Below are positions 1 to 7,606 of a DNA stretch of 64,000 nt, in pieces (position 1 is the first letter of the stretch; every line of letters starts with the position of its first letter). Origin of the DNA: an uncultured bacterium (GTDB lineage: Bacteria; Fidelibacterota; Marinisomatia; Marinisomatales; JABMOV01); assembly GCA_964344305.1 (NCBI GenBank), contig CAYFMT010000002.1:76310-140309 (forward strand). Reading direction: 5' to 3'. A program made the translations under genes and the position numbers. The notes under the pieces were generated by a model. That model was not told the DNA's origin. It made no database searches and saw nothing but the letters and a program-made list of their open reading frames with translations.

Positions 1-201
1 ATCAAACTGGAACCGGACTTTTTTTCCTATCCCAATTTTCTGCTCTAGCCTGACTTCCCGGCTCATATCTTTGGATAGTCCTATGAAAAGGGGTTTTTCC
101 TCTACGTAGGATTCAAAATACCGAGACAACGGTCTAACACGCACTTCCCCATTTAGTCCAGAAGCACGGGTGACTTTTGCTATAGCGAAAAGGTTATCCA
201 T
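1..201 (-). CDS. rimM: 16S rRNA processing protein RimM, N-terminal part (gene runs off the left edge)
   Basis: Hand translation of the reverse strand from the ATG at 199-201 gives MDNLFAIAKVTRASGLNGEVRVRPLSRYFESYVEEKPLFIGL... The GLxGEVRV motif and the position directly after rpsP and the KH gene fit the conserved rpsP-ylqC-rimM cluster. It is absent from the ORF track because it is truncated. Confidence 0.6.
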   Translation of the reverse strand, partial: MDNLFAIAKVTRASGLNGEVRVRPLSRYFESYVEEKPLFIGLSKDMSREVRLEQKIGIGKKVRFQFD

Positions 202-203
202 TA

Positions 204-440
204 CTACCGATCAATAACATCCAGACGGGCGCGTTTTCCCCCCTGCTTTGCATTAATTGCAAATACAAGCGAACGTATAGAGGAAATATTCTTTCCGCTC
301 TTCCCAATCACTTTTCCGTAATCGCCTTCACCTACGGTTAATTCGTAAATAATACGCTTTTCCGTTTCAACGCTGTTGACTTCAACCTCATCAGGTTTAT
401 CCACTAACAGCTTTACGACATATTCGATGAAGTCCTTCAT
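204..440 (-). CDS. KH-domain RNA-binding protein (YlqC/UPF0109 family)
   Basis: 78-aa ORF with a KH GxxG loop (VIGKSGKNI). It lies between rpsP and rimM, as in many bacteria. Confidence 0.8.
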   Translation of the reverse strand: MKDFIEYVVKLLVDKPDEVEVNSVETEKRIIYELTVGEGDYGKVIGKSGKNISSIRSLVFAINAKQGGKRARLDVIDR

Positions 441-483
441 ATCCTGTACTCCTTGTCTGGCTATCTACCGCTTTGAGTTTGGA

Positions 484-1365
484 CTATTTTGCTTCCTTTT
501 CAGAAGACTCATCTTCTTTTGCTTCATCTGTCTCTTCAGCAGGTTCTTCTTTAGCGTCCTCTTTCGATTCTTCTTTTGTTTCTTCTTCTGCTTCTGGTTC
601 AGGATCAGCTTCCGGTGCCGGTTCCTCTTCCTTCACTTCTTCAGCTTCAGGTTCATTTGTTTCCGGTTCCGGTTCTTCGGATTCATCTGCTTTTTCTTCG
701 TCCGAATCTTTTTTAGCTTCTTCAGTTTCTGCCGGTTTTTCTTCCTCATCAGAAACATCATCATCCGCAGCTTTTTCAGTCGGTTCATCTACCGATTCTG
801 CTTCAGGTGTTTCAGTAGGTTCATCAGCTACTTCTTCTTTGGCAGGTTCTTCAACCGCGGGCTCTTCGTCAGCCTCAGGTGTCACATCTTCCGTAACGTC
901 TTCTTGTGCTGGTTCGTCTGTCGTTTCTTCCGTCTCGTCAACCATCACTGTATCTTCCTGTACTTGAGCGTCTTCCTCTGCCTTTTTAGCAGCGGCTTTT
1001 TTCTCAGCTTTTTTAGCAGCTTTCTTTTCTTTTGCAGCCTCTTTGGCCATAACCCATTTCTGCATTTCCTTTTCAATGGCTTTTTCATCAAGTCCTTGCT
1101 TCATGAGATGCCATTTGTATGCAATACCGGCTCGTTTAAATAAATGGTGGGCTATTTCCGTAGGTTGTGCTCCGGTTTTTAACCAGTGCAACACACGGTC
1201 TTCCTTGATAGAATAATTGTCACCTTTATCCTTGGTGATAGGGTTATACCATCCGATTTCCTCCAGCGCAGCACCGTCCCGGCGTGTGCGTGAATCCATG
1301 ACAACTATACGATAAAAAGGCCGATTCCGTCTTCCTACTCGTTTCAGTCTGATTTTTGTCGCCAA
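484..1365 (-). CDS. rpsP: 30S ribosomal protein bS16 with a long low-complexity C-terminal extension
   Basis: The N-terminus MATKIRLKRVGRRNRPFYRIVVMDSRTRRDG...WYNP is canonical S16. TTG start at 1363-1365 with AAGGAG upstream. After about residue 80 the sequence is K/A-rich, then about 160 residues rich in E/D/P/T. Confidence 0.95.
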   Translation of the reverse strand: MATKIRLKRVGRRNRPFYRIVVMDSRTRRDGAALEEIGWYNPITKDKGDNYSIKEDRVLHWLKTGAQPTEIAHHLFKRAGIAYKWHLMKQGLDEKAIEKEMQKWVMAKEAAKEKKAAKKAEKKAAAKKAEEDAQVQEDTVMVDETEETTDEPAQEDVTEDVTPEADEEPAVEEPAKEEVADEPTETPEAESVDEPTEKAADDDVSDEEEKPAETEEAKKDSDEEKADESEEPEPETNEPEAEEVKEEEPAPEADPEPEAEEETKEESKEDAKEEPAEETDEAKEDESSEKEAK

Positions 1366-1435
1366 ACTATCTTCTCCTTATTTTAATCTTCACATTTCGT
1401 GATTGCCGTAATTCGGATTAAATCTGATTACGAAA

Positions 1436-2773
1436 TTACATAAATTGTTCGAAAGCGCCTTTAAAATTTCCAGCTGCAGGCATGCGCATTTTTCCAAATT
1501 TCTTCATCATTTTCTGCAATTGATGAAACTGCTTCAATAACTGGTTTACTTCCTGCAGATTTCTCCCGGATCCCAGGGCAATTCGTTTCCTTCTGCTGCC
1601 ATTGATCAGGGAAGGGTTCTGTCTCTCTTTTACTGTCATGGAATTCAGGATAGCTTCCATCCATTTCATCTGGTTATCATCCACCTGAACCTGCTTCATT
1701 AGCTTGCGATTCATTCCCGGCATCATGCCCATAAGGCTGTTGAGGGAACCCATGTTTGACAACTGTTTCAACTGAGACCTGAAATCTTCAAGGTCAAATT
1801 GCTGTTTTTTGAGATGCTGGCTTAACCGCTCAGCTTCTTTTATATCCACGGAAGTCTGTGCTTTTTCAACAAGAGAGATCACATCGCCAAATCCCAGTAT
1901 CCGATCGGCGAGACGGTTGGGATCAAAGATCTCCAGTCCGTCAATTTTTTCCGAGATTCCAAGGAATTTGATGGGCGTACCGGTTACTTCCGCAATGCTC
2001 ACGGCGGCGCCACCTCTGGCATCCCCATCCATCTTGGTGAGAACCGTACCGGTTAGCGGTAAGGCTTCATGAAACGCTTTTGCTGAATTCACTGCATCCT
2101 GGCCCGTCATTCCATCCACAACAAAGAGGATTTCATCCGGGTTCGATACTTTTGCTATAGACTGAATTTCCGTCATCATGTCTTCATCCACATGCAATCG
2201 TCCTGCTGTGTCCATAATGACCACATCCATCCCCATTTTTTTTGCATGGGATAATGAATGTTTGACAATTTTTACTGGATCCCCCTGCCCCTCATCATAC
2301 ACCGGGCAACCCACTTTTTTGCCCATGACTTTCAGCTGATCAATGGCAGCAGGACGATACACATCCGCTGCCACCAGGAGAACGGATTTTCCTGCTTCTT
2401 TTAACTGATTTGCCAGCTTTGCACAGGTCGTGGTTTTTCCGGATCCTTGCAATCCAGCCATGAGGATGACTGCAGGTTTCACTTTCCCGAACTGCAATGG
2501 GACCGGTTCAGATCCCAACAGGTTCACCAGTTCATCTCGGATGATCTTGATGAATTGTTCCCCGGGTTTAACGGATTTGATGACTTTCGTTCCCTCAGCG
2601 CGTTCGCTCACCCGTTGAATGAAAGCTTTTGCTACCTTGAAATTCACATCCGCTTCCAACAAAACACGGCGTATTTCCCGGGAGGTCTGCTGGATATTGG
2701 AATCAGTGATTTTTCCGAGTCCACGCAGATTCCGGAAAATGGAATCAAATCTATCTGATAATTGCTCTAGCAT
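1436..2773 (-). CDS. ffh: Signal recognition particle protein Ffh (SRP54)
   Basis: P-loop GLQGSGKTTT, DTAGR, TKMDGDARGG and a Met-rich M domain (MGMMPGMN). 445 aa. Confidence 0.97.
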   Translation of the reverse strand: MLEQLSDRFDSIFRNLRGLGKITDSNIQQTSREIRRVLLEADVNFKVAKAFIQRVSERAEGTKVIKSVKPGEQFIKIIRDELVNLLGSEPVPLQFGKVKPAVILMAGLQGSGKTTTCAKLANQLKEAGKSVLLVAADVYRPAAIDQLKVMGKKVGCPVYDEGQGDPVKIVKHSLSHAKKMGMDVVIMDTAGRLHVDEDMMTEIQSIAKVSNPDEILFVVDGMTGQDAVNSAKAFHEALPLTGTVLTKMDGDARGGAAVSIAEVTGTPIKFLGISEKIDGLEIFDPNRLADRILGFGDVISLVEKAQTSVDIKEAERLSQHLKKQQFDLEDFRSQLKQLSNMGSLNSLMGMMPGMNRKLMKQVQVDDNQMKWMEAILNSMTVKERQNPSLINGSRRKRIALGSGRNLQEVNQLLKQFHQLQKMMKKFGKMRMPAAGNFKGAFEQFM

Positions 2774-2958
2774 TGTTTTTCAATTCGAATACAGCAGATA
2801 AAATTAGATTCGATTTATGGTGTTCACAATTGATAAATATGAGTATAAAGGAAGTGTAAATATGCATTTGAAACCAGTTCAAATCGCTTCTATTCCACTC
2901 ATTTCGCTTAATACCATTTGTGGAATGTGGTACATTCTCTGTCTTTAAATAGGAAAAA

Positions 2959-3624
2959 ATGAAACCTTATCACAAATACCTGACAGAAATGTTGGGCACC
3001 TTTTTCATGGTCTTTGCAGGGACTGGAGCCATTGTCATCCATGACCTGTTTGGTGGTACCATCACCCATCTTGGTATTTCTGTGGTGTTTGGACTGGTTG
3101 TTCTAGTGGTCATCTATGCTTTCGGTGAAGTGAGTGGTGCCCATATCAATCCCGCTGTAACCTTTGCATTCTGGTTGTCAAAACAATTTCCAGGAAAGCA
3201 GGTAACTCCCTATGTCGTTGCTCAATTAGTCGGTGCCATACTGGCATCATTTCTTCTCCATACCATGTTTCCATCACATGACACTTATGGTGCCACTATA
3301 CCTAAAATCAATCTGGGTGGTGCTTTCGGAATGGAAATGCTTTTATCTTTTTTCCTCATGACTGTTATCCTTTTTGTCTCGGAAGGTTCGAAAGAAACTG
3401 GATTGATGGCTGGGGTGGCCATAGGATCCACAGTTGGGCTGGAAGCCCTTTTTGCCGGACCCGTTACTGGTGCATCCATGAATCCAGCCCGGTCTTTTGG
3501 CCCAGCCCTCGTATCAGGTGATCTGAGTGTAATCTGGTTGTACATCGCTGCACCCATCCTCGGGATGTGTGTCTCCGTGGTAATCTTCAATCTTCTGAAG
3601 TACTTGAAAATCAGAACAGTATAG
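2959..3624 (+). CDS. MIP-family channel (aquaporin/glycerol-facilitator-like)
   Basis: Two NPA boxes (HINPAVT and SMNPARS). 221 aa, hydrophobic, consistent with six TM helices. Confidence 0.9.
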   Translation: MKPYHKYLTEMLGTFFMVFAGTGAIVIHDLFGGTITHLGISVVFGLVVLVVIYAFGEVSGAHINPAVTFAFWLSKQFPGKQVTPYVVAQLVGAILASFLLHTMFPSHDTYGATIPKINLGGAFGMEMLLSFFLMTVILFVSEGSKETGLMAGVAIGSTVGLEALFAGPVTGASMNPARSFGPALVSGDLSVIWLYIAAPILGMCVSVVIFNLLKYLKIRTV

Positions 3625-3638
3625 AGATTTATTGAGGC

Positions 3639-5051
3639 TTGATGCTTGATACAAGACGAGAAGGAAGACGACTCTGGGGGAAACTGCAGTTCTCTTCGCA
3701 AAAGGCGCTTGGTAAATTTACATTTTTCTTGATACTTGCTGTCTGTCTTACTTATCTGCCTCACTATTCTGGATTGAACCCTGCAGCCCAACGTACTCTA
3801 TTCATCCTCATTTTCGCTGCCGGATTATGGATATCTGAGGCCATTTCCGCTTTTGCTGTGGCTCTCCTGGTCATGGGACTTGAAATAGTATTACTTGGAC
3901 TTCCAGGTGGTGTCTTTGCTACTGAATCATCTGATTGGGAAATGTTCATACGCCCATGGAGTAGTCCACTCATCTGGCTATTCTTTGGAGGATTCATCCT
4001 GGCTGAAGCGGCACAGAAAACACGACTGGACAGATGGCTCGCCAGGCATGTGCTGGGATGGTTTGGTTCTCGTCCTTCTATCGTGCTTCTGGGCATTATC
4101 GGGATCACATTCACCTTTTCCATGTTCATGTCCAATACCGCTACAACAGCCATGATGATGGCGGTAATGGCACCCATTTCTGCATCCCTGGGGAAAGACA
4201 ACCCTTACAGGAAAGCCATCCTCCTGGCGGTGCCTTTTGCAGCCAATATCGGCGGGATGGGAACCATTATTGGAAGCCCGCCAAATGCCATAGCTGCCGG
4301 TACCCTTGGAATGGATGTTATTACGTTTCTGGGCTGGATGAAAATTGGACTACCACCGGCCATCCTGCTCATGGGTGTTATGTGGGTTTACCTTGTTCGT
4401 GTTTATCCTTCCAGAGAGGGTTCCATCAATCTTAATGCCCTTCAGGATACTCATTATAAAAGTGCTACGTTGCCGAATTGGAAGAAACTTCTGGTCATGG
4501 TGGTATTTATTGCCACCATACTCCTTTGGATGACAGGTCCATTGCATCGCATCCCTGCAGCTGTTGTGTCATTTCTCCCCATTACCGCTTTTGCTGTCAT
4601 GCGGGTCATTGATGTTGAGGATATTCGACGATTGCAATGGGATGTACTCATACTTCTGGCTGGTGGGTTATCCCTGGGGGTTGCCGTAACAAAAACGGGA
4701 CTTGCAACCTGGTTGGTTGGATCCCTATCCATGGAAGGTCATTCCATTTTTATCCTTGCACTGCTTTTCAGTTATACTGCTACTGTTTTGTCCAATTTTA
4801 TGAGCAATACGGCAGCAGCAAATATTCTTATTCCCATGGGATTGGCTTCCGGTGGTGTGTTCGGTCCCCATGTGGTGATTCCCATAGCACTTGGAGCTTC
4901 GGCAGCCATGTGCCTGCCCATATCCACACCTCCCAACGCCATTGCATTCGTCTCCGGGAATATTGATACAAAAGATTTCATCAAGGGAGGGCTCATTGTT
5001 GGATTGCTCGCCCCCATTCTCGTGGTTGCCTGGGGTTTGTTTGTCCTTTAA
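3639..5051 (+). CDS. DASS/SLC13-type anion:sodium symporter (ArsB/NhaD permease superfamily)
   Basis: Duplicated SNT hairpin motifs (FMSNTATTAMM and FMSNTAAANIL), with GSPPNA and STPPNA. 470-aa polytopic membrane protein. The substrate cannot be inferred. Confidence 0.8.
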   Translation: MMLDTRREGRRLWGKLQFSSQKALGKFTFFLILAVCLTYLPHYSGLNPAAQRTLFILIFAAGLWISEAISAFAVALLVMGLEIVLLGLPGGVFATESSDWEMFIRPWSSPLIWLFFGGFILAEAAQKTRLDRWLARHVLGWFGSRPSIVLLGIIGITFTFSMFMSNTATTAMMMAVMAPISASLGKDNPYRKAILLAVPFAANIGGMGTIIGSPPNAIAAGTLGMDVITFLGWMKIGLPPAILLMGVMWVYLVRVYPSREGSINLNALQDTHYKSATLPNWKKLLVMVVFIATILLWMTGPLHRIPAAVVSFLPITAFAVMRVIDVEDIRRLQWDVLILLAGGLSLGVAVTKTGLATWLVGSLSMEGHSIFILALLFSYTATVLSNFMSNTAAANILIPMGLASGGVFGPHVVIPIALGASAAMCLPISTPPNAIAFVSGNIDTKDFIKGGLIVGLLAPILVVAWGLFVL

Positions 5052-5087
5052 AACCATCATTGGATAATAAAAAATATTATTTTAATT

Positions 5088-5107
5088 GCGTACTATATTA
5101 CGTACGT
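5088..5107 (+). promoter_or_regulatory. Candidate YefM-YoeB operator: two GTAC-centred sites 12 bp apart
   Basis: GTAC at 5090-5093 and 5102-5105. The second sits inside the perfect 8-bp palindrome ACGTACGT (5100-5107). A TATATT hexamer lies between them, 25-40 nt upstream of the yefM ATG. Confidence 0.35.
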
Positions 5108-5130
5108 TATTAGTGAAAAACTGAGGTAAT

Positions 5131-5373
5131 ATGAAAACAATTAATGTGACAAACGCAAGAGCAAATCTTTACAAATTATTAGAAGAAGCATCCAAGTCTC
5201 ATGAACCCGTTCAAATCACGGGCAAAAAGAATAATGCTATACTGGTATCCCAAGAAGATTGGGAATCGATACAGGAGACACTTTTTTTAACATCAATTCC
5301 AGGTATGCGCGAATCAATAATTGAAGGAATGGATACTCCTGTTGATGGATGCGTAGAGGAAATTGAATTGTGA
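5131..5373 (+). CDS. yefM: Type II antitoxin, Phd/YefM family
   Basis: 80 aa with an N-terminus (MKTINVTNARANLYKLLEE) typical of YefM. GAGG Shine-Dalgarno upstream. Its stop overlaps the toxin start (GTGA at 5370-5373). Confidence 0.85.
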   Translation: MKTINVTNARANLYKLLEEASKSHEPVQITGKKNNAILVSQEDWESIQETLFLTSIPGMRESIIEGMDTPVDGCVEEIEL

Positions 5374-5633
5374 GTTGGAAAATTGTCTTTACAAAACAAT
5401 GTCAGAAAGATGCAAAAAAAATAAAACAAGCAGGATTAAGTAATAAAGTTAAAGATTTGCTTGAGATACTTAAGAGCGATCTATATCAAAATCCACCGAG
5501 ATATGAGAAACTGATTGGTGATTTATCTGGAGCATTTTCCAGGAGAATTAATATCAAACACAGGTTGGTTTATCACGTTTTAGAAAATATACAAACTGTA
5601 AAAATTCTGCGTATGTGGTCACATTATGAATGA
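5370..5633 (+). CDS. yoeB: Type II toxin, YoeB/Txe family mRNA interferase
   Basis: 87 aa. RRINIKHRLVY and the C-terminal ILRMWSHYE are characteristic of YoeB/Txe. GTG start, coupled to yefM. Confidence 0.85.
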   Translation: MSWKIVFTKQCQKDAKKIKQAGLSNKVKDLLEILKSDLYQNPPRYEKLIGDLSGAFSRRINIKHRLVYHVLENIQTVKILRMWSHYE

Positions 5634-5691
5634 AATCAGCTATCAACTATTATGAACATGGTAATCACATGATAGTTGGTATTGAATATAT

Positions 5692-6216
5692 ATGATCTCT
5701 GTTGAATACTATCTTACCCCTTTCGGTGAGCTCATTCTGGGTTCATTTGATGATAAATTATGTCTTTGTGACTGGAAATACCGGAAAATGCGGATACAAA
5801 TCGATGATCGAATTAAGTCCGAATTAAATGCGGACTATGCATACAAAACATCCCCGGTTATTGAAGAAACCATTCGTCAACTCCAGGAATATTTTTCCGG
5901 TGAGCGAACTATATTTCAATTGCAGCTGAAGATGATTGGAACACCATTTCAACAATCCGTCTGGGATACGTTGTGCCAGATCCCATATGGCACGACTACA
6001 ACTTATCTGGATTTATCCAGGAAGCTTGGTAAGGAGAAAGCTATTCGGGCCGTGGCAGCAGCCAATGGAGCCAACGCCCTGTCCATTATCGTGCCCTGTC
6101 ATCGGGTCGTGGGAAGATCCGGTGAACTTGTTGGGTATGCCGGTGGATTAGACACTAAAATGAAACTTCTCAAGCTGGAAAACGCCCCTATCAATGATCA
6201 ACTGGATTTGTTTTGA
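5692..6216 (+). CDS. ogt: Methylated-DNA--protein-cysteine methyltransferase
   Basis: Active-site PCHRVV motif, preceded by the GTTTTY...AVAAANGANALSIIVPCHRV DNA-binding region. 174 aa. Confidence 0.9.
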   Translation: MISVEYYLTPFGELILGSFDDKLCLCDWKYRKMRIQIDDRIKSELNADYAYKTSPVIEETIRQLQEYFSGERTIFQLQLKMIGTPFQQSVWDTLCQIPYGTTTTYLDLSRKLGKEKAIRAVAAANGANALSIIVPCHRVVGRSGELVGYAGGLDTKMKLLKLENAPINDQLDLF

Positions 6217-6278
6217 ACTTTCACCTGATCTCCCTACCTTACCGTCAATAAAATCACCGTTTCAAGCTGGAGTAAATT

Positions 6279-6743
6279 ATGAACCGATGGATGAAGGGTT
6301 CTGGAATTCTCGTTATCATACTCATGCTGGTATCATGCAAAGATTGGGAAATACCAGATGCTTATTGCGGATCTTGGGAAACAGATAAAACCAATATTAC
6401 TGTGAGAACCAGTCCCAAGTGGATGGAGTTCGAGTTTCACAAAGGGACAGGAATTGTATCCCTTGACATAAAGAAAGACAAGACCGTATCCGGATCTATT
6501 GGACTGGCAACATTTGAAAATGGGATTGTGAAAAAGAACAAGGGTAATCCAAAGATTACCGGAATTGCCTGCATCATTCAGTGCGGATCAATTGGAAAAA
6601 TTTTCCCGGAAGATCCACTGGAAAGCAAGGAAGTGGAAATCTGGGTCTACCCCGCCACGGATGATGGCATTGGCGGAGAATTGCGTTATACTGAGGGACT
6701 GGCTGTTTTTCCTATGGCTGAATTGAAGTTTTTTCATCCTTAG
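6279..6743 (+). CDS. Hypothetical lipoprotein
   Basis: Signal peptide with a lipobox-like LMLVSC. No family recognised. Confidence 0.4.
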   Translation: MNRWMKGSGILVIILMLVSCKDWEIPDAYCGSWETDKTNITVRTSPKWMEFEFHKGTGIVSLDIKKDKTVSGSIGLATFENGIVKKNKGNPKITGIACIIQCGSIGKIFPEDPLESKEVEIWVYPATDDGIGGELRYTEGLAVFPMAELKFFHP

Positions 6744-6928
6744 GGACATATGGATTAGGAGGTTTGGTGACTATTTTCACCGATTGTTATGACTAATATA
6801 GATTGTAAATATCAACTGTAATTTCATCTAATATGCCATGAGAAATTGTATTTGATTAATGCATTTATATAAGATAAAAAATTCAATGGGTTGTATAAAA
6901 AAGCACTCACCTACTCAAATGAGTACTT

Positions 6929-7606
6929 TTGGAAATTTATATGAAGAAAATTGCAGAAATACCAATTAACGATAAACCAAGAGAAAAACTTGCTTCTAAA
7001 GGCGTCCAGGCATTGACAAGCAAAGAATTGCTAATGGTAATTCTTGGAAAAGGAATCAAAGGAAGGGATGTTACAGTATTAGCGAATGACATACTAAGAC
7101 TCATTGAGAAAGAAAGAGAAAACCTAACAATAGAAAAATTGAAGGCTTTACAAGGAGTTGGAAAAGCCAGAGCAGGATAAATACTTGCTTCATTTGAATT
7201 AGCGAAACGCTACTTAATAAAACCAGAACAAAAAATAAACAATACCGAAGATGTTTTATCTCTTGTTTCCGACATTCGAAATAAAAAACAAGAACATTTT
7301 ATTACAATTACATTGACAGGCGCATCCAGTGTTATTGAGAAACGGACAGTTTTTAAAGGGACAATAAATTATAGTGTTGTACACCCAAGAGAAATATTTT
7401 CAGATGCCCTAACAGACAGAGCAGCAGGAATTATTTTCGTTCACAACCACCCTGAAAATGATGTTGAACCATCTGAAACTGACATCAAAATTACTAAGCA
7501 ACTTTGTGAAGCAGCAAATCTTTTAGGCATTCAAGTAATCGACCATATTATTGTGACTAAAAACGAACATTTTAGTTTTCAAAGTGAAGGACTTTTAGAA
7601 ATATGA
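6929..7606 (+). pseudogene. radC: RadC-like JAB/MPN-domain protein interrupted by an in-frame TAA (7178-7180)
   Basis: ORFs 6929-7180 and 7313-7606 share one frame, and that frame is open from 7181 onward. The N-terminal part carries the RadC PREKL and HhH (LQGVGKARAG) elements. The C-terminal part carries the JAMM motif HNHPENDVEPSETD (HxHx7Sx2D). The likely true start is the ATG at 6941. Its stop overlaps the mod start (ATGA at 7603-7606). Confidence 0.8.

Noticed and set aside
376-1143. Long plus-strand ORFs (255 aa and 164 aa at 473-967) rich in F, S, C and G
   Set aside because: They lie exactly antisense to the E/D/K-rich tail of rpsP and are pure low complexity. They are a by-product of the biased codon composition of the real gene, not coding sequence.
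1366-1435. Nested imperfect inverted repeats between ffh and rpsP (ATTTCGT...ACGAAAT enclosing GTAATT..AATTAC-like arms)
   Set aside because: The stems contain mismatches and G-U pairs, no U-tract follows, and I know no S16 leader motif to compare with. It is too weak to annotate as a terminator or leader.
5653-5678. Possible terminator after yoeB (CAACTAT ... ATAGTTG)
   Set aside because: A 7-bp stem with a loop of about 12-21 nt and no following T-run does not meet the criteria for an intrinsic terminator.
7178-7180. The TAA in radC as evidence of stop-codon reassignment or programmed readthrough
   Set aside because: TAA is used as an ordinary terminator by neighbouring genes (mod at 9535-9537, res at 12121-12123), and I see no readthrough context. 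A nonsense mutation or base-call error is the simpler explanation.
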